Assembly: GCA_009602735.1 (NCBI GenBank)
Contig: WELA01003597.1
Span: forward strand, 751,157 to 815,156
Origin: Mesotaenium endlicherianum
Lineage: Eukaryota
Direction: 5' to 3'
DNA: 64,000 nucleotides
Made by a program: the position numbers and the translations under genes. Position 1 is the first letter of the stretch. Each line of letters begins with the position of its first letter. The notes beneath the pieces are model-generated. The model was not told where the DNA came from. It saw only the letters and a list, made by a program, of their open reading frames with translations, and made no database searches. Below, piece after piece: positions 52,073 to 63,096 of this stretch.

Positions 52073-55000
52073 ATGGAAGGTACACCACGCAGTTGTTATC
52101 TTCTACGTGTACGTGTTAGTCTGGCTAGCGTGTCGAGGAGTAGCTCGTCAGTAGCGTACTGCAGGTTCTTTCCTCCTGTTTAACAGGTACAGAAACAAGC
52201 AAGATCAGACTGCTGGAAGTTGATCAGTGTAAGTGAGGTGCAGTGGGCTTCAAGTCACCCTGGGTGTATTTGATCATGTGAACACGGCAGTTTATTCCGA
52301 TCGCAGCCCTTCCCTGGGTACCAGGAACGAGGAAGTGACGTGGACACAGTTTGGGAGGTCACAGTTGCAGCTGGGACAGACGTTGTCTGCTTGGTATGGG
52401 AGAGTGCTTGCATGTGCCCAGGGACGGGTCATGATGCACACGTGGTGACACACAAAATTGGAAAGCATTTGGACTAAGGGGAAAAAGGTTGCTTAACATC
52501 TTTCAAGTGCTCTGCACCAGAGGCAGGCAGAGTCACTGCATGCAGCCAGCAGAGTTGGACGGTGTCAATGGTTGTGGTGCATGAGCATGAGGTGTGCCAG
52601 CGGCGTGTTCTCATTCTCGTTCTCCCTCTGCTTTTCTCCCGTCCCCTCTCCTCCCCTCCCCTTTCTTGCCCCCCCCCAACCTCTCTCCCTTCTGTTTCTG
52701 CAGATTTGCAGAGACTGCGAGGAACATCCTTGCTGAGTGACATGCGACACTTTCCCGCCATCAACGACAACAACGACAACATCAGCATCAGCAGCGCGCT
52801 GTCAAAGTACGCGGCCCAGCAGCAGCAGCACATCGCGACGCAGTCGCAGGGCAGTCCCTTCAATTCCTCCGGTTCGCTGTCCAGCCTGGACGACGACAGT
52901 CACGCCCACCACCACCCTCACCAGCAGCAGCAGCAGCGGCAGGGGCAGCAGTACTACCCCCGTCTGGCGGCACAGCAGTTGCCAGGTGGCGGGCCCGGCT
53001 CGGCCTTTGCCCCCCTGTCCGATGCGGGAGCACAGTCTAGAGGCCCTCCCCCCTCGCTCTGCCCCCCCCAGCAGCAGCAGTTGGTATCCCCACACCTCAA
53101 CAACGGCGGCATGCAGCGCCCGCCCCCTCACCACATCGACACATCGCTGAGCATGCACCAGCCGCGACCTGACAGCTATGCCATGCTGCCAGGTGGCGGG
53201 ATGGGTCCCACAGGTGAGAGGCCACCCCTCTTTTGCTGGCATGCATCCTCTCTGGCCTTCCTCTCCTTTTCCCACATGCATCCCCTTCCACCTCCTCCGC
53301 CGCCGCCGCCACTAACCTCTTGCTGCTGCTCTTGAGATGTTGCGCATTATAGAGCAGAGTCAGTCTTGGGCACACTTGCTCTTGTGCCAGGTTGCGGGCT
53401 GTGCTTCACAGGCATGTCATGCTGACCTTGTTCTGACGTCTGACCGACAAGTGAAGGAACTGCCTTTGCGTGTTGGCGTGCGTTGGGGCCTGCAGGCGGG
53501 ATGCCCGGCATGCAGCAGAGCCTGGGATTGCCGGCTCCGGCCTCAGGCCATCCGCCACCTGGCGTCTTCCCAGGGGCCATGGGAGGCTTGCAGCATGTGC
53601 CCTTCCCCGCCCCCCCCCCACAGGGACAACCGTATCCCCTTCACATCATCTAGGAACACAGCACGTGGTTGCTGTGTCTGTTACCACAGTGGCCCCTGTG
53701 TGACTTTCTCATGAGGTGCTACTCGCGTGGTCAGGGAAAACTCTGGCATGTGTGGTGGGGAGGGAGCGGGGACGGGGGCTTACTCTTGGCTGTCGAGTCC
53801 AGTTTGTTGCACGTCCTCCTTCCCCCCATCCTGGCACAAGCTGCAGTGAGTGCATCGCGGATGGGCATGGGCTGCCGGTAGAGCTGGCAGAGGGGAAGGG
53901 GGGAGAGTCAGGCTGTGCTGAGCTGCCACGCGTCTTCCCAGCCAGCCAGCCAGTCACACTGGTGGCCTCTTTCTGCCCTGCTGTGTCAGTTATCTTCACC
54001 TCCCCCTTTCTTTCCGGGTGGGTGTTAAGCTCATCCTGTTGGCAAGTGCTCGCGTGCATGCGTGCGCAAGTGATGTGCTGCGTGTGCTTCTGTCCCTGTT
54101 CCCGTCCCCGTCTCTGCCGCTTGGATATTGGCTGCTCATGCGTGCATGCGTCACGCCCCTCAGCGTCAGTTGAAGATGTGCCCCCTTGACAGACACACGC
54201 AGGCCCCCCCAGCAGCCGCAGCAGCAGCAGATGATGATGATGGGGATGACGATGCTGAGCCCGGGAGCTGTGGCGCGCATGCAGAGGGCCACTGCTGACT
54301 CTCGCCGTGGCAAGCGCCGCCGCGCCCCCGCTCTGGAAGGTGCCTGCCCCTGCCCCCTACGTCCCCCCNNNNNNNNNNNNNNNNNNNNNNNNNNNNNNNN
54401 NNNNNNNNNNNNNNNNNNNNNNNNNNNNNNNNNNNNNNNNNNNNNNNNNNNNNNNNNNNNNNNNNNNNNNNNNNNNNNNNNNNNNNNNNNNNNNNNNNNN
54501 NNNNNNNNNNNNNNNNNNNNNNNNNNNNNNNNNNNNNNNNNNNNNNNNNNNNNNNNNNNNNNNNNNNNNNNNNNNNNNNNNNNNNNNNNNNNNNNNNNNN
54601 NNNNNNNNNNNNNNNNNNNNNNNNNNNNNNNNNNNNNNNNNNNNNNNNNNNNNNNNNNNNNNNNNNNNNNNNNNNNNNNNNNNNNNNNNNNNNNNNNNNN
54701 NNNNNNNNNNNNNNNNNNNNNNNNNNNNNNNNNNNNNNNNNNNNNNNNNNNNNNNNNNNNNNNNNNNNNNNNNNNNNNNNNNNNNNNNNNNNNNNNNNNN
54801 NNNNNNNNNNNNNNNNNNNNNNNNNNNNNNNNNNNNNNNNNNNNNNNNNNNNNNNNNNNNNNNNNNNNNNNNNNNNNNNNNNNNNNNNNNNNNNNNNNNN
54901 NNNNNNNNNNNNNNNNNNNNNNNNNNNNNNNNNNNNNNNNNNNNNNNNNNNNNNNNNNNNNNNNNNNNNNNNNNNNNNNNNNNNNNNNNNNNNNNNNNNN

Positions 55001-55206
55001 NNNNNNNNNNNNNNNNNNNNNNNNNNNNNNNNNNNNNNNNNNNNNNNNNNNNNNNNNNNNNNNNNNNNNNNNNNNNNNNNNNNNNNNNNNNNNNNNNNNN
55101 NNNNNNNNNNNNNNNNNNNNNNNNNNNNNNNNNNNNNNNNNNNNNNNNNNNNNNNNNNNNNNNNNNNNNNNNNNNNNNNNNNNNNNNNNNNNNNNNNNNN
55201 NNNNNN

Positions 55207-55289
<83 letters not shown>

Positions 55290-55671
55290 GTGCTCTGGTG
55301 TGTGTGTGTGAGAAAGAGTGTTTGCGCGCGCGCACTCGCTCGTGTTACCAGCCAAGTGAAGTCAGGATAGAGCGTTGGTGTGTGCGTGCTTGCTTCCCTT
55401 ATAGAGGAGGTGCATGCCGGCCTAGGTCCTTGTCACTTTGACATGGCTGTGTTTGCTGATGTCATTCTTAGGGTCTGCAGCCGCCGCGGCAGGTGCATCA
55501 GGAGCAGCAAGTCCAGCGGCAGGTGGCGCCTCTGGAGGCGAGGCAGGTGTTGGCCCAGAGGACGCTGGCGCTGCAGGCCCTTGTGAGGCGGCCAGAGCTG
55601 CCCGGCCGGCGGCTGCTGCGGCAGCGCCTGTGGTGAAAGTGAAGGAGGAGCGTCGCAAGAAGCGGTGTGTG

Positions 55672-55728
<57 letters not shown>

Positions 55729-55924
55729 NNNNNNNNNNNNNNNNNNNNNNNNNNNNNNNNNNNNNNNNNNNNNNNNNNNNNNNNNNNNNNNNNNNNNNNN
55801 NNNNNNNNNNNNNNNNNNNNNNNNNNNNNNNNNNNNNNNNNNNNNNNNNNNNNNNNNNNNNNNNNNNNNNNNNNNNNNNNNNNNNNNNNNNNNNNNNNNN
55901 NNNNNNNNNNNNNNNNNNNNNNNN

Positions 55925-55989
<65 letters not shown>

Positions 55990-57336
55990 CCCGCAATCTG
56001 GCTCTTGCTCTTGCTCTCGCTCTCAGTCCACAATTGTTACCTGCTTTTCATCACTATTTATATACTACTTCAGTGACATTCTATGAGGCTTTGATGCGCT
56101 TGCCGTCCTGCTGCTTTTCTTGTGTGGCTAGAATAGCACCAAATTGATGTGATGTGGAGGCATATTGGCCCAGGTATGGTTTGGAGGGAAGGGGAGGGGA
56201 GGGGAAGCAAGCTGCGTCTGGGTTGCCTGGCACTGTTAACAGTGATGGGCCTGAGGTACAGAGGAGCATGCCCGTGAATTGACTCGAGTGGTGTTGGCCC
56301 TGGGGTGGAGCACGCGCGCAGGCTGCTGAGAAATCGTGTGAGCGCCCAGCAAGCTCGGGAGAGGAAGCGCCAGCACACCAACGTGAGTGCACGCTAGCCC
56401 ACTTCTTCTCGCCATGTGGAGGCGTGTGTTGCTCGCCTGCCCCTGCCCTGCCCCCCTCGCCTTTGCCCTCCTTCTGCCCAAGCCCGCTGCTATTCGTGCC
56501 TCTTCCGCTGCTGCAGAAGCCTCCACCTCCTCTTCCTTCCATTGTCAGCCTGCTGCATGCGTGCATCCGAGGTGTGTAAGTGAACGATGGCGCCAACGGG
56601 AGGGGGAAGGGGGAGAGGGTGCAGGAGCTGGAGGAGAAGTGTGTTGGGCTGGAGAGCGCCAACAAGCAGCTGGAGCAGCGCATTGCCAGCCTCACCCAGG
56701 TGCGCGGCTCCTCCTCCTCCTCCTCCTCCTCCTCCTCCTCCTCCTCGTCCTATCACTACCAGGAGGGCCTTCTTCTTCTGCCCGCGTCCTTGTACACATG
56801 CCCCTCTCGATGTGGATCACGCTCATGCGCTCAATCTGCACGCTCGTGGGCAGCCACACATGCGCACGCCCAGACACTCGCGCGCACAAAGTCGCATACG
56901 GAAGCATTCTGTCTCAGGATAGGCTTTATTGGGGATTGTTACGCTTAGCCATAGCCAACGTGGCTGGCCTGCGTGGTGGTTGCGTCTTGGGGAGTGGAGA
57001 CGTTAGAGGCGGGCTGCCTCGCTCACCCAACCTGGGGGGGCGTGGAGGGAGTGAGGGAGCTCTTGCGTCTTCCGCTGCCCCTGCCGCTTGCCCCCGTGGG
57101 AGCAGAAGCAGAAGTCTCCTGAGCAGGCCCCTGATGTGTTTCTCTCGCCGCCTGGCTGTGTGCAGGAAAACGAGGGGCTGCGGCAGCTGGTGCGGAGCAA
57201 CATGCGTGCCGGTGGCGCTCAGGGGGGCAGCCAGGCGGCAGGCTTGGGCAGCGGCAACGGAGGCGAGCAGCAGCAGCAGCAGCAGCAGCAGTACCTGGGC
57301 AGTGAGGGATTCAGCTACGGATTGGAGCCCTCCTGA
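52073..57336 (+). CDS. HY5/HYH-like (group H) bZIP transcription factor with long Q/P-rich N-terminus. Probable exons 52073-52079, 52704-53213, about 53496-53596, about 54203-54339, about 55471-55664, 56322-56382, 56625-56699, 57166-57336
   Basis: Spliced bZIP reads KEERRKKR|LLRNRVSAQQARERKRQHTN|ELEEKCVGLESANKQLEQRIASLTQ|ENEGLRQLVRSN; LLRNRVSAQQARERK is the HY5/HYH signature. bZIP exons are well supported. N-terminal exon boundaries are uncertain (one phase unresolved, gaps present). Confidence 0.85.
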
Positions 57337-60166
57337 ACCACTTGGCCCAGCCCAGCAGCGCCAGGATGGCGGCAAGGGACAACGGGACTCGACAGTTGTG
57401 TGTAGCGAGGATGAAGATGCAGATGGCAGCAGTGGTGGCGTGTGTACTGTGTGGTGTCTCTGCCATTCACTGGGGGCGCCTCTCTGGAGATGCCATTGTG
57501 CATGTTGCATGTGCCATGGCCGCGCAGCCGTCATCGGTGGCCACTGGCAATCCGTGAGCTACTTGTTGGGCGAGGATGGTGGTGAAGGGAACAGGGCCCT
57601 TCCGCGACTGAAACGAGCTCATCTGGTCCGCAGGAGCCCTTTAGGGTGGAAGGTGGAGGGTCCATGTGGCGCTCTTGGGAGCCGCAACTGTTGTCTAAGA
57701 GTGGCGACACATTCTGGTGCAGGTGTCGGGTAGAGGGTGGCACAGTAACTTGCACTTTGTGACAGCTTGTTGCTCTCCCTCTGTCTGGCAGGCAATTATT
57801 CTGTCTCAAGGGAGAGGGTGTGGCAGGCTTCAGCTCCCGCGCGGAGGGAATATGAGAAGCTGGTTGAAGCCTGGTGGTGGGTCTTCACGATGCCATCTGG
57901 CGTAGTGAAAGAGGGGGGCCGGGGCATGTTGAAGGAGGGTTCTGCAAGAAGGCAGTTCACACCAATCACATGCAAGTAGTAAGTGAAGCACACGCGTGCA
58001 CGCATGCAGGCATGCTGAGGAGCAGAAGCGCAGGGGTTGCTCTGCCAAGCTGTGCACAGTAGGGTCGGACATTCAGATGCTCTAGGTACACTTTTTGTCG
58101 GGAAGTAAGCGCTCCCGCGCTCCCTTGCATATATGTACGTGAAAGTAGCCACACACATTCTTGGCCGCAGGCTCAACAAAGGGGAGGGGGGGGGGATGTG
58201 AAGCCTGCGAGAGCCACTCTTTGATCTGGCAGCATCACTTCACCAGAGTGATGGTGCCATGCGACAAGAGCTTAGTCGCATTGATGGGGTCAGGGTCATG
58301 CACGTTCGCCGAAAGTAGGGTGGTAAGGTTAGAGGTACGCATATGCGAAGCGAGTCTGTGATGTAGAGTCTTGCTACTGGGTCATGGGGCTTCTAGTTGT
58401 AAAGCTAGTGGGGGCTATTCTACTTGCCTGCGAAGACCTAATAAATCAATCTAGTGCTGCATGGCTGGGGTTATTGTGTCTCAAGGTGTACCTGTATACA
58501 CATTATATGTGTCAGCCAACAAGGTGGGAATACTTTACCTTTAAGAATGTATTTGCCTCCGGAGTCTGTCCATGTAGTTTGTTGACGTGGCATCTCGACA
58601 GGGTCCTCATGGTCTGGGGCGCAATCGTTGTCGATTACGAGTGCACAATAGAAGTTACACCTTTACTCTTTACATCATGTGCAGCTGCTCTGAATGTCCC
58701 CAGCATTTGTAGTAGTACCTGAAGGGGTATCCTTTGTTGAGCAATGACGGCTATCTAAAATTTCATCTTACAACTCTTCCAAGGTCGTGTGCGTACAAGA
58801 ATGATAGTGCAATAAATAGTGTCTGTAAGCAGTGGTGCATGAACATGGTCATGCTGAAGTCTAAAGCATTAATCTAGCATTTCCAGGTGGCAAAGGAGAC
58901 AGTCTTACGCGTGCCGATCTTATGCGAATTGCATGTGGACAATATGAAAAGCTCTTTAGAAGAAGGTGTGCGTGACTTTATGAACCACAAAGGTTCAAGC
59001 CCACAGGTGACATGTAAACTTTTTCAATTACTCAGCTCAATATTCTTGTCCCCATGTTCAAATTGCTAAGTGGACACGGTGGCACTCAAATCATGTGTCA
59101 TCTTTTATACCTGGAAAATGTTGCTATTAAGCTCTTGCACACCTCCAGTACATCCACATGGTTTATACTATGCTGCAAAAGGATATCTAAAGGTAGAGCA
59201 TTTAGGGTTGTGAGCATTGCTAACGCTCACACTATAGCTGACGTGTCCAGGATAATATAATCTTCTGGAGAACCCTCTGGCGCCACCTATTAAAGCTCAC
59301 CACATATGCCTCACATTTCCATCAGTGTTACAGCCCTTCGGGCACTAACTTTAATGAACGTCAGGTTTTTCAAGTGCTACCACACCAACACACCTTGCAG
59401 CAAGTTGAAAGTTCTTGAGTTGGGTCTGTCGTCTTGCTTCCCCTAATACGCCCAGCAAAGTACACATTACAGGCGCACTGTATCACTAGTGTCCAGGTCA
59501 ACCCTTGGTCCAGAGATACCCGCAACAACACGAGGGGCTTCAACTAGCACCAATGCACTTCATCATTGCCTTGAGCTGATTTAACATGCAGTTGTTCCAT
59601 GCGGGTCTTTTTCGCGCATAATAGCTCCAACTCTGTCTGATGCTATCAGGGGTCCAGCTCTTGGAGGAATGCATGCAGCTGCTAGCTGCAGATAGTATTG
59701 CTGGCAGGCAGCTCTATAAGCAAACCTTCGCTCAAATGGACAAGCGAGCAAGCACAGACAGTTGCCAGCGAATGAGAGTAAAGGTAGTGTACTCCTTGCA
59801 CAAAGTCCAAAATGTCTGGTGTATTCAATGCCGAAGGAAGTCTAACACAGCAGCATTTGACAGACAACATATCATGTATGACAAGTACCAAATTCTCTAG
59901 ATTTGACTATTAGATAACTTTCATGAATGTATGTCCTGGATGCACGTTTTTTGCCCAACTTAAACATACGACTTCAAGAAATAAAACTTGAATCATTGGG
60001 GCTGAGGCATCATACATTGTCGGCACACCTCCAACCAACAGCGGCAAAACTGTGCCAGCAGCCACAAGAATCGAGCTAGAACTTCATCTCATCGCGTCTA
60101 ACATGGAACCGGTTCTTGACCTGACTTAACCACCTAATGCAGCACACAACCCGACAAGGCAGCAGC

Positions 60167-60553
60167 TTACTGTTTCACAAAATCAAACTTCGTAGGCAAT
60201 ACTGACTCACTTTCACCTGGGCTTTGCTTCACCTCACATGATACTCTACACCTTGAAGGTATTAGAACTAGTCCTAGATTACGCTGCTCAACATAAGAAT
60301 CGGACTCCTCACTCTTTCTGAACTCAACAGTTCTGACGAGGATAAGGTTTCCCTGTTTATCGAGGCAGTGAAACAGGCCAACAAATAGTCGACCATCTTC
60401 CACACCCACTCGTATAGTTTTTCTCAGCAGTTGGTGAGCGAACTTCAGGGCAGGAGTAGAAGGATGAGCAGCACCCTCCTCGGGGATAGGTGCTGGTTCA
60501 CCTACATCAGACGAGTCTGACTGACCTGTCAAGATATGGGCAGCTGACAGCAT
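60167..60553 (-). CDS. NAA38: N-alpha-acetyltransferase 38, NatC auxiliary subunit (LSMD1/Mak31, Sm-like fold), intronless, 128 aa
   Basis: LLRKTIRVGVEDGRLFVGLFHCLDKQGNLILVRTVEFR..EQRNLGLVLIPSRCRVSCEV is Sm1/Sm2 with the LSMD1-type C-x-DKQGN and LGLVLIP motifs. Confidence 0.88.
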   Translation of the reverse strand: MLSAAHILTGQSDSSDVGEPAPIPEEGAAHPSTPALKFAHQLLRKTIRVGVEDGRLFVGLFHCLDKQGNLILVRTVEFRKSEESDSYVEQRNLGLVLIPSRCRVSCEVKQSPGESESVLPTKFDFVKQ

Positions 60554-61840
60554 AGCTTCTTCAACAAAAAGCAGCGGCAGTTGTTCGTGTGCATCCTACG
60601 CTTAAACTCCCGCCATCAAATACACCGGAAAGTTCAAAATTGGGTATTTCACTCCGGAAAACGCAGCGTATATAAGGCCTAAGGCATCCGGAGATATGAA
60701 TACTGATCAAAACAGGTAGAATTGATCACTTGATTGCAGCTCGAGTATGTAAAAGCACGTTGATAAACGCCAACCTACGCCCTCTCATCAGATGATATGC
60801 TCGCTTGGCATTCCCATGTGCTGTCTCCGGCCATGTATAAGCTGCAGCGTGCTGCAGCGTCAACATTTGCGGGCCCTTGCAAGCTGCGACCGGCACTATG
60901 GACCGACAACCAAGCTATCAGGAGCTCCCGATGCCAAAGCTACACAGAGAAAGTTTCAAACGTCGTCGGATAGACAAGAACGAAACGAAAGTCGTATGAC
61001 GATCTATATGACGAAATATGACGATATCTTTGGTGCCTCTGCAGTCGGATCCGGGTTTGTCCGGGTTTGGAACTAGCTTCTTTATTATACTGACACAACA
61101 GCACCGGTACATTTGGGGGAATGTTGAAAATTTGGAATACTTTGCAATGTGAACTGCTGGGGAGCCCGCAAGAAACTCTTGATAGTTCACCTAGTCGTCT
61201 CAACATGGTGCACTTATAATGTGTTGACGCAAGTGCTCTGTCATGCTGGCGTGCTCTGGAATAATACATAATATTGAATTTTCTACATCTAAGAGCATGC
61301 GCAAAACAAGTAGCTTCATCATCCGACAGCTGATGCTATTCAGCTTATGCTCCCATGTTTACACTAAAAGCATCCCTTTGACATTCTCGTCCATGTGCTG
61401 CTAATTACTAACTAGCAGGAGCTCAGGCAAATGCAACATGTTCAACTCCAACTTATGTCGATGACGAAAAAGCATGAGCTTGCATCATGCAAAATACTCT
61501 AACAATGGAGGTTGTTAGTTCCAACTTCATCGTATCTAAGTTTACAATACATGCAGTAGTTCTTCACTACTACCGGTGAAATTTACTACTAGTGAAGTAG
61601 TGGCTACCACGTCTCAAGCTGAAGTAGCCATGCATTATTTGACATTTTCATAGTATTGATCCTTCTCTGCCCTACTCAGCCGTTGCGTATTGTCAAGGTC
61701 TCGCACTCCCTTGCAGGTCTGCCCGGCCCTCGAAGGACTCCTCCTTGGACTATCCTCTGTTGGACATACCCCCTCTACGGGTCTTGCCTAGTAGCACCTC
61801 ATAACGTGCACAGGTAGTCTACCTGAGCTGATTCGGCATT

Positions 61841-62632
61841 TTAGAAAACAGCCTTAAGTGACTCTTGCGCTCGTCTGATGAGATGAATGCCCTTGACCTC
61901 CACGTCCTTGGCAAGGGATGGAGCAATAGTCCCCCCTATTAACACTGGAAGCACGAGAGTGTCGACAACTCGTCTAAGAATATCTGCTCTTCGTAAAACC
62001 AAGTCCACGTTATGCTTTTCAATTGCAAAAGCTTCAATATCTGGCCCCGCATACGCCGCATCTGGACATACATCAGCTACAATATGAACAATATCCAAGT
62101 CTTCTCCTCTTGCAATGAGGCTTGCTTCTAGAACCATTGACACTTCTTCTTCTGTTACTCTACCAGCCTTCTGAGCTTTGACTAGTGCCGTGTCCAAATC
62201 TGCCTTGCTTACTATCTGTATGCTCTCAACCACTTCGTCTGCCTTCAACTGGGCAAGGACCTTAAATTGTGCTAGGCGCTCCTCTGACCAAGCAGAACTT
62301 TGGCCCAATCCATCAGAGCTGCCTCCTGCACAAACAGCTGCAGCCTTCTTGCAATCTCTCAAATACCACTTGGAGAACCTCTGTCCTATTGCCTGTCCCA
62401 CCACTGATAATTTGACTATTGTTTCTGTCAATGTTTTGCATTGCAAAGGCCTTTTACGAGACCTTATGCTGTCACGTAAGCTGACAGAACAGAGTTCAGG
62501 GGCCAAGAAAGAGGTGGATTTAAGGCAAGGAAGTAACCCCACGCGCATGTTGTTGCTGTTTGCTTCAATCACACGATAACTCAGGCTCCCTACAGGCCAC
62601 TGCATCCTTATGAGCTGGGTCACCGCACTCAT
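61841..62632 (-). CDS. Intronless hypothetical protein, 263 aa; possible organellar transit peptide plus a domain resembling a bacterial PD-(D/E)XK-like uncharacterised family
   Basis: Long ATG-initiated ORF in moderate-GC DNA where chance ORFs are short; S/R/L-rich, acid-poor first ~65 aa; globular alpha/beta-like C-terminal half. Confidence 0.7.
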   Translation of the reverse strand: MSAVTQLIRMQWPVGSLSYRVIEANSNNMRVGLLPCLKSTSFLAPELCSVSLRDSIRSRKRPLQCKTLTETIVKLSVVGQAIGQRFSKWYLRDCKKAAAVCAGGSSDGLGQSSAWSEERLAQFKVLAQLKADEVVESIQIVSKADLDTALVKAQKAGRVTEEEVSMVLEASLIARGEDLDIVHIVADVCPDAAYAGPDIEAFAIEKHNVDLVLRRADILRRVVDTLVLPVLIGGTIAPSLAKDVEVKGIHLIRRAQESLKAVF

Positions 62633-62856
62633 TTTTTAGCTTGCTATCCACGTGGGATCTCTAACTGTTTGTGTAAGGGCAAATTTGTCTAGATACCTCC
62701 TTCAACGGCCAGTTAATTAGAGAAAGGACAAGCCAACAATAATCCACGAACGCCCTTGATTTTCTATGACATGTCTGATGGCGCTGTATGGGTGAGCACA
62801 ATGTTACCGAAAATTTCGTTTTTCCTCGAATAGCTTCTGTGAGCGTGTGCGATTCG

Positions 62857-62866
62857 CTTATATAAG
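62857..62866. promoter_or_regulatory. Palindromic TATA element CTTATATAAG in the centre of a 464-bp divergent intergenic region
   Basis: Perfect palindrome reading TATATAA on both strands, about 225 and 231 bp from the two ATGs. Confidence 0.4.
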
Positions 62867-63096
62867 ATGTTAGTCAAGCTGTTCAACTTGCATAGAGCGA
62901 AACAAGATACCGGGTGCCTAGCCTGAACATCCTATTCGTAGTACATGCAGGGCTTCTTTCATTAACGTCGTCTGCAACTCTCGTTCGCAGACAAATGGCA
63001 TTCGAACAATTTCTACACGAATTGAGGCCATGGTGTCTCTAGTTGAGGATTGTTCCAATCTGCTTCTTGGGCCACTGTGCCCGGCCTGACGCAGGC

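Noticed and set aside
57337..61840. Search for tRNA/snRNA/snoRNA genes in intergenic DNA
   Set aside because: No cloverleaf, U-snRNA signature or convincing C/D box pair recognised by eye; an Infernal/Rfam scan would be needed.
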